This document shows positions 49,310 through 59,038 of a DNA stretch of 64,000 bases, piece by piece (the first letter of the stretch is position 1; every line of letters begins with the position of its first letter). Below the pieces are notes generated by a model. It was not told the DNA's origin. It ran no database searches and saw nothing but the letters and a program-made list of their open reading frames with translations. This stretch comes from a bacterium. GTDB taxonomy: Bacteria > J088 > JAWLBW01. A program made the translations under genes and the position numbers. The stretch is taken from the NCBI GenBank assembly GCA_041690355.1, contig JAWLHK010000003.1, forward strand, positions 1 through 64,000, read 5' to 3'.

Positions 49310-51994
49310 ATGTATCTGCGCCACTTTTTCCGGATCGGCCTGGTCGCCGCCGCGGCCTGCACGGCCCCTTCTCATGACCCGGCCGTCTGCCGCCAAGACG
49401 AGCTCGAATCCGACCCGCTGCTCCGTCTCGTGCAGACCGCGCGCTACTGTGACGATCGTTCAGGGAGCGGTTCCTTCGGCGTGTGGACGAATGATGCGCG
49501 TGGACTTCCCGCCTACCGCTACACGCTGCGGCACGAAACGGACCCGCGGGCGCTCTACGAGCATTCGGGGATGGAGGATCGGCGCCTGCACTGGTCGGGG
49601 TTCGGTAACGACCGCTTCACGGCGTTCTTCTACAACACCGGCAGCGTCGAACTGCTTGCCCCCGATCGAGGCATGCTCTCGCTGAACCGCATCGATCCGG
49701 AGGCGGGTCGCTGGGGGGGCGGCATCGGCGTCGTGGCCGAACCCGGCAAAAAACCCTGGTCGACCCTCGCCTGGCGCAACGAAGCCGTGCGCACGCGCAC
49801 CTTCACGCTCGACGGAGGCGAGGTGACCGCCGAGCAGGACGGTATCTCGGTCGTGCGCCGCACGTGGGCTCCGGCGGGCGACGGCGGCGCCCTGCGCACG
49901 GAAACCCGCCTGCACAACGCCTCGGACGAGACGCGCACGTTCACCTACCTGGAGACCTGGGACGTTCTTCCCGAACAAAGGTTTCTCGGTCTGGCCGGCA
50001 GCGGGCTTACCAAGACCCGCGAGCGCTTCAACCAGAATTTCGCGGTCCGGGGCGGCTGGGACGCCGCCCGGCGCACGCTTACGCTCACCTTTCCCCCGAA
50101 GGTCGCGCAGCCGCCCGGCCCGTCGGGGTTCACGTACGTATACCCCGACGTCTATCTCGCCGACCTGAGCGGCAAGGCGCAGGGGAGTCTGGCGGCCGAT
50201 GCCGTGCAGTGGGACGAAGCGGCGCGCCCGAGGGTTGGCGGCGCCTGGGTCGAACAGGTCGAAGCCCCGAGCCTTTACCAGACGCCGCTGCGCATGACGC
50301 TGCGGTGGAACGTAACGCTCGAGCCGGGCGGGTCGCTGACGCTTCCGGCCGCCTTCGGCTACCGGTATCCGCACATGCCGCCCGTCGAGGAATCGCTCAC
50401 CGACGTCACGCCCGCGTGGCAGGAGCACGGCCGGTCACTCGAAGAGAACGGCGTCGTCTTCCGCCTAAACGGCGAACCGTGGCTGGCGCGCGAGACCGCG
50501 TGGCATGCGGGAATGCTGGTGGCCACCTCGATGCTCGACAGCTACCATGGCGCCCACGTCTTCAACCAGGGCTCGGCCTACGGCTACCTCCAGGGAATCA
50601 ACGGCGCCCCGCGCGATCATGTGCTCGCACTCCTCCCCACCATCTACTTCCGCCCCGACCTGGCGCGCGAGAACCTGCGCTACATCATGCGCATCACGAA
50701 GCCGTCGGGCGACATCATGTACGCCGCCACCGGGTACGGAGAGCTCACCGGAGTGGGCATTCACGAGTATCCCTCGGACCTCGACCTGTTTCTCCTGTGG
50801 GGCATCTCCGAGTATCTGCTCGCGACCGGCGACGACGCCTTTCTCGCCGAGCGGGTGCCTTACCACGGAGAAGCCGAGACTTCGTCGACGACCGTGCTCG
50901 ACCATGCGCGCATGGCCCTGGTCCATCTGCAGAACGTCGTCGGCACGGGCGCGCACGGACTCATCCGCCTGCGCCAGGGCGACTGGAGCGACGGCGTCAT
51001 TCTGCGCGCCTCGGATCGTGAAGTCGCCGAAGAACACGGCGAGTCGGGCCTGAACGCCGCCATGGCCGCGTTCGTGCTCCCCCGCTTTGCCACCGCGGTC
51101 ACGACCGCCGACGCGGCGCTGGCGGCGACGGCGCGGGTATTCGCCACGGCCCAGGCCGAAGCCTTTCTCGAGACCTGGCAGGGCGAGTGGTATCTGCGCG
51201 GCTATGGCGACGTCGACGAGCCCATTGGCGTCGATCAGTTCTTTCTCGAGCCCCAGATCTTCGCCCTCCTGGCCGACATCGTTCCCCCCGACCGCCGTGC
51301 CGCCCTGCTCCGGGCTATCGAGCGGGATCTGGAAGATCCGTCGCCCATCGGTCAGATCATCGTCTATCCGCCCGACGAGGCGAACGCGTTTCTCGAACCG
51401 GGATGGGACGTGAACGGCGGCACCTGGCACGCGATGAACGGGCTGCTGACGGCCGCCTACGCGCGCCTCGGGAGCGGCAGGGCGTGGAAGTCGCTCGTCG
51501 CCAACAGCATGCGTCGGCATGCCGAAGTCTATCCCGATCTCTGGTACGGCATCTGGAGCGGCCCCGACTCGTTCAACGCATGGTACGCCGAACGGCCCGG
51601 CGAAACGTTCATCCACCTGGCGACGCCGATGACCGACTTCCCCGTGCTGAACTCGAATCAGCATGCCCTGCCCCTCTTTGCGACCCTGCAGACCTGGGGC
51701 CTGCGCGCCGAACCCGCGGGGCTCACGCTGGCGCCGCCGGCGGGCACGGCCAACTACCTGTTGCGCACCAGTGCGTACGCGGTCGCATCAGGCCCGGACG
51801 GAACCGCGGTGGCGCTGACGGCGGCGGCCGCCGGCGAACGCACGTTGGTGCTGCGCCCGCCCCATGCCCCGGGGACGCTCACGGTTGAGGCCGGCGACGC
51901 CGAAGAGGTGTCGCGCGACGACGACACGGTGGTCGTGCGCTGGCGCGCCGCAGCCGGCGAACGGCTGACGCTGACGCTCACGCCACGCGAATAG
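49310..51994 (+). CDS. Large lipoprotein with GH94/cellobiose-phosphorylase-like (alpha/alpha)6 domain
   Basis: Lipobox AAAC; RDH, SDLDLFLLW, GAHGL...GDWSDG, WYLRGY, NGGTW motifs. Confidence 0.7.
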   Translation: MYLRHFFRIGLVAAAACTAPSHDPAVCRQDELESDPLLRLVQTARYCDDRSGSGSFGVWTNDARGLPAYRYTLRHETDPRALYEHSGMEDRRLHWSGFGNDRFTAFFYNTGSVELLAPDRGMLSLNRIDPEAGRWGGGIGVVAEPGKKPWSTLAWRNEAVRTRTFTLDGGEVTAEQDGISVVRRTWAPAGDGGALRTETRLHNASDETRTFTYLETWDVLPEQRFLGLAGSGLTKTRERFNQNFAVRGGWDAARRTLTLTFPPKVAQPPGPSGFTYVYPDVYLADLSGKAQGSLAADAVQWDEAARPRVGGAWVEQVEAPSLYQTPLRMTLRWNVTLEPGGSLTLPAAFGYRYPHMPPVEESLTDVTPAWQEHGRSLEENGVVFRLNGEPWLARETAWHAGMLVATSMLDSYHGAHVFNQGSAYGYLQGINGAPRDHVLALLPTIYFRPDLARENLRYIMRITKPSGDIMYAATGYGELTGVGIHEYPSDLDLFLLWGISEYLLATGDDAFLAERVPYHGEAETSSTTVLDHARMALVHLQNVVGTGAHGLIRLRQGDWSDGVILRASDREVAEEHGESGLNAAMAAFVLPRFATAVTTADAALAATARVFATAQAEAFLETWQGEWYLRGYGDVDEPIGVDQFFLEPQIFALLADIVPPDRRAALLRAIERDLEDPSPIGQIIVYPPDEANAFLEPGWDVNGGTWHAMNGLLTAAYARLGSGRAWKSLVANSMRRHAEVYPDLWYGIWSGPDSFNAWYAERPGETFIHLATPMTDFPVLNSNQHALPLFATLQTWGLRAEPAGLTLAPPAGTANYLLRTSAYAVASGPDGTAVALTAAAAGERTLVLRPPHAPGTLTVEAGDAEEVSRDDDTVVVRWRAAAGERLTLTLTPRE

Positions 51995-51997
51995 CGG

Positions 51998-52774
51998 TTA
52001 TTCGAAGGTGTAGGAAAAGGAAAAGACCGGTATCCCGAGAATTGTCTCGGAAACGAGCGACCGGTTGGTGGGAAGCCAGAGGCCGACGTCGACGGCCGCA
52101 TTCCGGCCGAAGAACCTGGCCCCGAGCGTGTGATGCGCCCAGCCTTTGCGCACGCTCAGGTATTGGTCGGGATCCCACATCCCGTTGAATTCCCCGAGGA
52201 GCTTGACCCGTTCGCCGATCCGGTACTCGACGCCGATCCAGCCGTTGGCGACCAGGCCGTTGTCGTAGTACTCACGGTACTCGTAATATCCGCAGCGTGA
52301 GCGTGCGGTTTTCGGATCTTCGTCCGGCGCGCACTCACGGGTCGGGGCGATCTCCTCGTTGACTTCTTTCCCCAGGTAAAACGCCGAGGCGCCGAAGCTC
52401 AACCGGGTGCGTCCCGATTGCCACGAAACCACCGGCCGCGCGTAGGCCGTGTGCTGCACGGCGTTGAACGTGTTGACCGTCCCCCCGACCACGACGGCCG
52501 CCTGCCAGTGTTCACCCTCGAGAAACCGGTACTTGAAATCGAAGCCCGTGAAGGCGATCAGTAGATTCTGAATGCCCAGCTGCAGGTCGTCGGTGAGTCC
52601 GTAGTTGAACTGCGTGTAGCCGATGAGCGTGTTCGAAACGCGCAACGCATCGTCGCCGGTCGTCTCGGCGGTCGGGGTCGTGAACAGCGCAGTGCGCACG
52701 GGGTCGTCGACCGCCCGCGCCGGAACCGGAGCCAGAAGCAGGAGCATGACGATGAGGGTGGCAACCGGTTTCAT
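51998..52774 (-). CDS. Putative outer-membrane beta-barrel protein
   Basis: Signal peptide, amphipathic beta strands, C-terminal FSFSYTFE; paralog of the next gene. Confidence 0.7.
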   Translation of the reverse strand: MKPVATLIVMLLLLAPVPARAVDDPVRTALFTTPTAETTGDDALRVSNTLIGYTQFNYGLTDDLQLGIQNLLIAFTGFDFKYRFLEGEHWQAAVVVGGTVNTFNAVQHTAYARPVVSWQSGRTRLSFGASAFYLGKEVNEEIAPTRECAPDEDPKTARSRCGYYEYREYYDNGLVANGWIGVEYRIGERVKLLGEFNGMWDPDQYLSVRKGWAHHTLGARFFGRNAAVDVGLWLPTNRSLVSETILGIPVFSFSYTFE

Positions 52775-52777
52775 GGC

Positions 52778-53617
52778 TCAGAAGGAATAGGAGATGTCGA
52801 GGTAGGGAATGCCGACCAGCCCTTCGCGCAGCGACTCCCCCTCGAGGGGGGTGAGGTACCCGGGCGTGACGGAAAAATTCGGCCAGAGAAATCGCGCTCC
52901 CCAGAAGATCACGTTCACGGGCTCGCCCCCGGTCGTGAAGCGGAAGGTGTCGTACTCAACGAGAAAGCGCGTGCGTTCGCCGGCGCGCCAGCCCAGTCCG
53001 CCCGAAACCGCCACCAGGTTATCGACCGTGCCGCTGTCTGCGGAGTAGACATCGGAAACGACGAGATTCACGTCGAGGCGATCGTACGACCACGTCCCCG
53101 CAAGCCGGCCGTAACCCGATAGAAAATCGATGTTGAAGGGCATGAACGCCACGCCGCCGAGTACCGCCGCCGAGAAATTCTCGCCCGCGTAGAAGCGCCA
53201 CTTCAGATCGACCGACGTCAGCACGAGGTAGACGGTATTGATGCCGAACTGCAGGTCGTCGGTCACGCCGTAGTTGTACTGGAAAACCAGGAGTTCGGTA
53301 AGACTGACGCGCGAAGCCCCCTCGTCGAGCGTGTAGGCCGTCGGCGCTGTGAACAGCTGCGAGCGTGCCGGGTCGACGAAGGAGAACCGCGGCGCCTCGG
53401 CCGCTCCCGTCACCGGCGCCGCGGGCACGTCTAGGATTGTCGAAGTGGTGGCGGGAGAAACGGCCCCCGTCACAGGCAGGGGCGCCGCCGGCGCGTCCTG
53501 AACGGGCGCGGTCGCGGGAGCCGCCGCGGCAGTAACCGCAGGTCCGAAGGAAACCTCGGCGCGGGCCGGAGCGCCGTACGAAAGGGCGGTCAGCAGAACG
53601 GCAGCAGCAAAACGCAT
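52778..53617 (-). CDS. Putative outer-membrane beta-barrel protein
   Basis: Signal peptide, LFTAPTA...YNYGVTDDLQFG, C-terminal YLDISYSF. Confidence 0.7.
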   Translation of the reverse strand: MRFAAAVLLTALSYGAPARAEVSFGPAVTAAAAPATAPVQDAPAAPLPVTGAVSPATTSTILDVPAAPVTGAAEAPRFSFVDPARSQLFTAPTAYTLDEGASRVSLTELLVFQYNYGVTDDLQFGINTVYLVLTSVDLKWRFYAGENFSAAVLGGVAFMPFNIDFLSGYGRLAGTWSYDRLDVNLVVSDVYSADSGTVDNLVAVSGGLGWRAGERTRFLVEYDTFRFTTGGEPVNVIFWGARFLWPNFSVTPGYLTPLEGESLREGLVGIPYLDISYSF

Positions 53618-53687
53618 ACGCCAAAACGGTAGCAGAGCGCTCGACGGGACGCCACTTGCCCCCCCCCCGGCCCCCGGGCAGCAATGC

Positions 53688-54473
53688 TCAGGGAAACAGG
53701 AGCGCGTCGCCGGTAAGCACGGCAGCGAAGACGTCGGGCCAGAGCACCCAGGTAAGCGCCCCCAGCGAGAGAAAGGGTCCGAACGGTATGCGCGTCTCCT
53801 TGCCCTTCTTCGAGAGGGCGAGATACCCGATACCGATGACGCTCCCCAGAAGCGACCCGACGAGAATGGTCTGCAGAATGGCCAGCGGTTCGCTGAAGGC
53901 CCCGATCATGGCCAGCAGCTTGATGTCGCCGCCCCCCATCCCTTCGACGCCGCGCACCCTGTGGTGCACCCAGGCGAGCAGGTATAGTCCGCCGCCGCCG
54001 ACCAGGACGGCGATGACGGCCTGCAGAGGATTTCCCTCCGGCAGCAGCACCTGACCAATCAGCCCGAGGGGAATGCCGGGCAGCGAGATGGAATCCGGAA
54101 TGATCATGTGGTCGATGTCGATGAAAGCGACGACCACGAGCGCGCAGGCAAATACGAACATGAAGATCGCCCACGGCGTCACGCCGTACTGGTACACGAT
54201 GCCGAGGCCGAGCAGACCGGTCAGCAGCTCGACAAAGGGATAGCGAAAGGCAATGGGCGCCCCGCAGTTACGGCAGCGGCCCAGCAGGGCCAGCCATCCG
54301 AAGACCGGAATGTTCCAGTACCAGCGCAGAGGAATCTTGCAGTGGGGGCAATGGCTCGGCGGGTGAACGATGGAGAGCCCGAGCGGCAGCCGGTAGATCA
54401 CGACATTGAGAAAGCTGCCGATGGCGCTGCCGAACAAAAACGCGAATATCCAGGTCAACAACTCGAGGGACAC
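53688..54473 (-). CDS. pilD: Prepilin peptidase / N-methyltransferase
   Basis: GSFLNVVIYRLP, CPHC/CRNC, FIDIDHMIIPD, GMGGGDIKL, PFGPFL. Confidence 0.96.
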   Translation of the reverse strand: MSLELLTWIFAFLFGSAIGSFLNVVIYRLPLGLSIVHPPSHCPHCKIPLRWYWNIPVFGWLALLGRCRNCGAPIAFRYPFVELLTGLLGLGIVYQYGVTPWAIFMFVFACALVVVAFIDIDHMIIPDSISLPGIPLGLIGQVLLPEGNPLQAVIAVLVGGGGLYLLAWVHHRVRGVEGMGGGDIKLLAMIGAFSEPLAILQTILVGSLLGSVIGIGYLALSKKGKETRIPFGPFLSLGALTWVLWPDVFAAVLTGDALLFP

Positions 54474-54491
54474 GCAGGTACCGGACCGAGG

Positions 54492-54803
54492 TCAGCGCGA
54501 TTCGTCGGCGGGGCGGCAGTAGCCGCCGGCCTCGTCGCCCGTTGCGCTGCAGGTGTAGCCGTCGGGACATTCCACGTCGCTGCGGCAGGGAATCTGGCAG
54601 GTCTTGTCCCCCTCGGCGACACTCCCCGACGAGAGCGCCGTATCCCCGGGTGACGGGTCGTTCAGCACGACGCAGGCCTGCCCCTTCTGACAGTCGCTGT
54701 CGCTCACGCAGGGCTCGTCGATGAGCTCCGTACTCGTATGCTGGCCGCAGGCCGGAACGGCCAGGCAGAGCATCAGGAGGAGAAGTGAGCGTTGCGCCAT
54801 CAT
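54492..54803 (-). CDS. Small Cys-rich lipoprotein
   Basis: Lipobox VPAC; two C..D.[D/E]C..G..C modules. Confidence 0.7.
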   Translation of the reverse strand: MMAQRSLLLLMLCLAVPACGQHTSTELIDEPCVSDSDCQKGQACVVLNDPSPGDTALSSGSVAEGDKTCQIPCRSDVECPDGYTCSATGDEAGGYCRPADESR

Positions 54804-54858
54804 GAGGGCATGATCGTAACATGGCCGCGGCGCGATGGCGAGTACCCTGAAACAGCGT

Positions 54859-54888
54859 TTGACAGCGACGGGCCGCCAACCCTACACT
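54859..54888 (+). promoter_or_regulatory. Sigma70-type promoter upstream of the GspE/PilB gene
   Basis: TTGACA-N18-TACACT. Confidence 0.55.
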
Positions 54889-54950
54889 AATACCGCAGGA
54901 ATTGCGGACCCCATGTCGCCCCTTGCGCAAACCTCGCAAAAAGGTTAACC

Positions 54951-56759
54951 ATGACGCGCCCCCTGACCGACCGCTCGATGACCGTCCCCTACGTCCTCGA
55001 GATCCTCAAGCGCTCCCACCTGCTCTCTGAAAACGATGCCCGCGAAATCCAGGTCAAGGAGGCCGTGGCGCGCAGCCGCATTCTCAAGGAGCGCCGTGAC
55101 GGCGCGCAGGGCCTTCGCCGTCCCAACGATTCGGCCGTGCACCCGGTCGACGTCGTGCTCTCCTTCGACTTTCACACGCCCGACGAACGGCCGCTCACCG
55201 AAGACATGATCTTCAGGGCCATCGCCGACGATGCCGGCCATGCCTTTGAAAAGATCGATCCGTTGAAGCTCGACCCCGACCTGATCACGCGCACGGTTCC
55301 GAAACCCTTCGCGCAGCGGCATGCCATCATTCCCCTGCGCCGCCTCGAAGACCGCATCGTCGTCGCCACCGCCGACCCGTTCGACTACATCGGCCTCGAG
55401 CATTTCGGCATCGCCGCCGGAATCTCTGTCGAGGTGGTCGTCTCGAGCTTCACCGACATCTCCAAGATCATCACCGAGTTCTACGGCCTGCGCAGCTCCA
55501 TCACGGCCGCCGCCAAGAACATCACCCCGAGCGTCGTCGACCTCGGCAACCTCGAACAGTTCGTGCGCCTGAGGCCCGACCAGGAGCTCGAAGCCAGCGA
55601 CAAGCACGTCGTCAACGCGGTCGACTATCTGCTTCGTTACGCCTACGATCAGCGCGCCTCCGACATCCACATCGAACCCAAGCGCGACAAGAGCTTCGTG
55701 CGCTTCCGTATCGACGGCGTGCTTCACACCGTGAACCAGATGCCCCGCGTCGTGCATGCGCCCATCGTCAGTCGTCTCAAGATGCTGAGCCGCATGGACA
55801 TCGCCGAAAAGCGCCGCCCCCAGGACGGCCGCATCAAGACCGAGTTCAAGGGGCGCGAAATCGAGCTTCGCGTCTCCTGTCTGCCCGTCGCTTTCGGCGA
55901 GAAGATGGTCATCCGCATCTTCGATCCCGAACTCGTATCACAGGACCTGCAGAACCTCGGTTTCCTTCAGGCCGAGCTGCAGCAGTTCGAAAGCTGGATC
56001 GATCGGCCGCACGGCATGATCCTCGTCACCGGCCCTACGGGTAGCGGTAAGAGCACCACGCTCTACACCGCCCTGCGCACGCTCGCGTCGCCCGAACTGA
56101 ACCTGGTGACGATCGAAGACCCCATCGAAAACATCTACGAGGATTTCAACCAGATCGCCGTTCAGCCCGCCATCGGCATCACCTTCGATACCGTACTGCG
56201 ATCGGTGCTCCGGCAGGACCCCGACGTCATCATGGTCGGCGAAATCCGCGACCGTGAAACGGCCGCCCACGCGGTGCAGGCCGCCCTCACCGGCCATCTG
56301 GTGCTCTCGACGCTGCACACCAATGACGCCCCGAGCGCCGTTTCGCGCCTGCGCGACCTCGGCGTCGAACCGTTTCTCATCTCGAGCGTGCTCGTCGGCA
56401 TCATGGCCCAGCGCCTGGTGCGCAAGATCTGTTCGGCCTGTGACGAAGTGCGCGACATGGCACCCGAAGAGCTGCTCGCACTCAAGATCAACCCCGGCCA
56501 GCGCACGAACATCCCCATTCACTACGGCAAGGGCTGCCCCGAGTGCAGGGGAACCGGGTATCGCGGCCGCTCGGGGGTCTTCGAAATCATTTCCGTCGAC
56601 GAGTCGATCCGGCAGCTCGTCGCCGAAGGCGCCGACTCGGACGCCATCCGCAAGGCCGCAACGAAAAACGGCATGCAGACCCTGCGCGCCGCCGCCATCC
56701 GCAAGCTGCTCGACGGCCAGACCTCCTTTGAAGAAGTCGTTCGGGTGACCTCGACATGA
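54951..56759 (+). CDS. GspE/PilB family secretion/pilus assembly ATPase
   Basis: ASDIHIEP, PQDGR, GPTGSGKSTT, LRQDPDVIMVGEIRD, STLHTND, tetracysteine zinc motif. Confidence 0.95.
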   Translation: MTRPLTDRSMTVPYVLEILKRSHLLSENDAREIQVKEAVARSRILKERRDGAQGLRRPNDSAVHPVDVVLSFDFHTPDERPLTEDMIFRAIADDAGHAFEKIDPLKLDPDLITRTVPKPFAQRHAIIPLRRLEDRIVVATADPFDYIGLEHFGIAAGISVEVVVSSFTDISKIITEFYGLRSSITAAAKNITPSVVDLGNLEQFVRLRPDQELEASDKHVVNAVDYLLRYAYDQRASDIHIEPKRDKSFVRFRIDGVLHTVNQMPRVVHAPIVSRLKMLSRMDIAEKRRPQDGRIKTEFKGREIELRVSCLPVAFGEKMVIRIFDPELVSQDLQNLGFLQAELQQFESWIDRPHGMILVTGPTGSGKSTTLYTALRTLASPELNLVTIEDPIENIYEDFNQIAVQPAIGITFDTVLRSVLRQDPDVIMVGEIRDRETAAHAVQAALTGHLVLSTLHTNDAPSAVSRLRDLGVEPFLISSVLVGIMAQRLVRKICSACDEVRDMAPEELLALKINPGQRTNIPIHYGKGCPECRGTGYRGRSGVFEIISVDESIRQLVAEGADSDAIRKAATKNGMQTLRAAAIRKLLDGQTSFEEVVRVTST

Positions 56760-58156
56760 AACTGCGCTCGATTCTCATCATCGACGACGAAGAGAGCCTG
56801 CGCCACATGCTCTCGATCCTTCTCAAGAAGGAGGGCTACGACGTCGCCTCGGTGGGCGGCGCCGAAGAGGGGCTCAAGGTCATCGCGGCCAAGCCCCCCG
56901 ACGTGGTGCTCTGCGATGTGCGCATGAAGGGGATGGACGGGCTCGCCTTTCTGCGCGAGCTGCGCAATCTGTCGGCCGCCCCTACGGTGGTCATGATGAG
57001 CGCCTACGGGTCGGTCGAGACGGCCATCCAGTGCATGAAGCTCGGAGCCTACGATTACATCTCGAAGCCCTTCAACCAGGACGAGATCGTGCTCACCCTG
57101 CGCAAGATCGAAGAGCGCGCCACCCTGCTCGTCGAGAACGCCCGCCTGCAGACAGAAATCCGCCGCGCGGCCCCCGCCGACGACCTGGCAGCCCGTAACG
57201 CGCGCATGGTCGAAATCTTCGAAACCGCCCGCAAGGTTTCGGCCTACAAGACGACCGTGCTCGTCACCGGCGAGAGCGGTACCGGCAAGGAAGTGCTCGC
57301 GCGCACGATTCATCGTCACTCGGGCCGCAAGGCGACCGCCTTCATCGCCGTGAACTGCGGCGCCATTCCCGAAGAACTGCTCGAAAGCGAACTCTTCGGT
57401 CACGTGCGCGGCGCCTTTACCGGGGCGGTCCAGGACAAGCGCGGCCTCTTTCACGAGGCCGACGGGGGAACGCTGTTTCTCGACGAAATCGCCGACCTTC
57501 CCCTCAACCTCCAGGTCAAGCTTCTGCGGGTGCTGCAGGAGGGTGAGGTGCGCCGCGTCGGGAGCAACCGGCAGGAGCCGGTTGACGTGCGCGTCATCGC
57601 GGCCACGAATCGCGATCTGCGTCAGGACGTGACCGACGGCCGTTTCCGCGAAGATCTGTTCTACCGCCTCAACGTCATCCACCTGCATCTGCCGCCGCTG
57701 CGCGAGCGCCCCGAAGACATCGCGTCGCTGGCCGACCTGTTTCTGGCCCGGCATGCAGAACGTGCGGGAAAGACGATGTCGGGTTTCGCCCCCGCGGCCC
57801 GGCGCCTGCTGGCAGACTATGGCTGGCCCGGAAACGTCAGAGAACTCGAAAACTGCATCGAGCGCGCTGTCGTCCTGGCCGAGGGCGGGCAGGTAGAGCC
57901 GGCCGACCTGCCGCCGCAGCTGCACCAGTCGTCAGGCGCGACGCCGCTGCTGGCCGCAGACGAACTCTCGATCAAGCGCGCGACCGAGGTCATCGAGCAG
58001 ACTCTGATCCGGCGCGCGCTCGAGAAGACGAACGGCAACCGCACGCATGCGGCGCGGCTGCTCGAGATCTCGCACCGCGCCCTGCTCTACAAGCTGAAAT
58101 CCTACCGGATCGCCAATTTCGAGCAAGAGGGACCCGGCGAAAAGGTCCCGACCTGA
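56756..58156 (+). CDS. Sigma54-dependent response regulator (NtrC/PilR family)
   Basis: REC domain, [29 protein letters not shown], Fis-type HTH. Confidence 0.96.
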   Translation: MKLRSILIIDDEESLRHMLSILLKKEGYDVASVGGAEEGLKVIAAKPPDVVLCDVRMKGMDGLAFLRELRNLSAAPTVVMMSAYGSVETAIQCMKLGAYDYISKPFNQDEIVLTLRKIEERATLLVENARLQTEIRRAAPADDLAARNARMVEIFETARKVSAYKTTVLVTGESGTGKEVLARTIHRHSGRKATAFIAVNCGAIPEELLESELFGHVRGAFTGAVQDKRGLFHEADGGTLFLDEIADLPLNLQVKLLRVLQEGEVRRVGSNRQEPVDVRVIAATNRDLRQDVTDGRFREDLFYRLNVIHLHLPPLRERPEDIASLADLFLARHAERAGKTMSGFAPAARRLLADYGWPGNVRELENCIERAVVLAEGGQVEPADLPPQLHQSSGATPLLAADELSIKRATEVIEQTLIRRALEKTNGNRTHAARLLEISHRALLYKLKSYRIANFEQEGPGEKVPT

Positions 58157-58163
58157 GTTCAGC

Positions 58164-59024
58164 TCAGGGAACCACGAGCAGACTGCCGGCGTACGTGCGG
58201 GTCAAGTCCTCGGGGGTCGACCCGACGAGAAAGCGCACGAGCCCGCTGCGCGAGTGCTTGCCGACGACCAGCAGCGTCCCCGGCTCGGCCGCCGCATCGG
58301 CCAGCTTGCGCGGAACCGAGCCGAGCAGCACTTCGCCCTTCGCATCGATCCCCTCGCCCGCCACCCGGGCGGCGAGCGCGTCCATGCGCCTGCGCATTTC
58401 GTCGATGAAGGCGTCCTGCGCGCGATCGGCCCCGACCCAGCCGATTTCTCCGAAGTAGCCCACCTGGGCCATCGTATCGACGACGTAGACCAGCTTGAGG
58501 GGCAGACTCCACGCCCGGGCGAACTCGGCGGCGCGCCGGACGAGCTCATCCTGCTTGTCGTCGAAGCCCACGGCGGCGACGATATGCCGGATTTCAGCGC
58601 CTCCGGGTACGCCCGGATGCAGCCAGACCGGCACGTCAGCGGCCTTGAGAATGCGCCGCGCGTTCGAGCCGATGCCCTCTGCCTTACCGCTGTAGCCGTG
58701 GCGGCTCAGGAGCACCATCGGTTCCGCATACGCCTTGGCCACGTCGTCGATCCACTCCTGCACGGGCGCGTTGCGAATCGTCACGCGCCCGTCGATCCCC
58801 CGCTGCGCAAGCATGTCCTGAATGCGCTGCTCCAGGTGCTCGTGCAGCGCGCGCACCACCTCGTCGGGGGTGAACGTTGGCGTCGACATGCTGACGAGCG
58901 GCGGGATCATGCCGTGCAGCACGACCAGCGCGGCATCCGCGCGGTCGGCCAGCGTCTGCGCGCAGCGCAGGGCCGAGATCGCCGGTTCGGAGAGGTCGAA
59001 AGGAATGAGCAGCGTGCGGAACAT
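58164..59024 (-). CDS. Universal stress protein (tandem USP domains)
   Basis: LLIPFDLSE, GSNARRILK...PV, LVVG......FLVGS. Confidence 0.88.
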   Translation of the reverse strand: MFRTLLIPFDLSEPAISALRCAQTLADRADAALVVLHGMIPPLVSMSTPTFTPDEVVRALHEHLEQRIQDMLAQRGIDGRVTIRNAPVQEWIDDVAKAYAEPMVLLSRHGYSGKAEGIGSNARRILKAADVPVWLHPGVPGGAEIRHIVAAVGFDDKQDELVRRAAEFARAWSLPLKLVYVVDTMAQVGYFGEIGWVGADRAQDAFIDEMRRRMDALAARVAGEGIDAKGEVLLGSVPRKLADAAAEPGTLLVVGKHSRSGLVRFLVGSTPEDLTRTYAGSLLVVP

Positions 59025-59038
59025 GAAGGCCTCCGATG

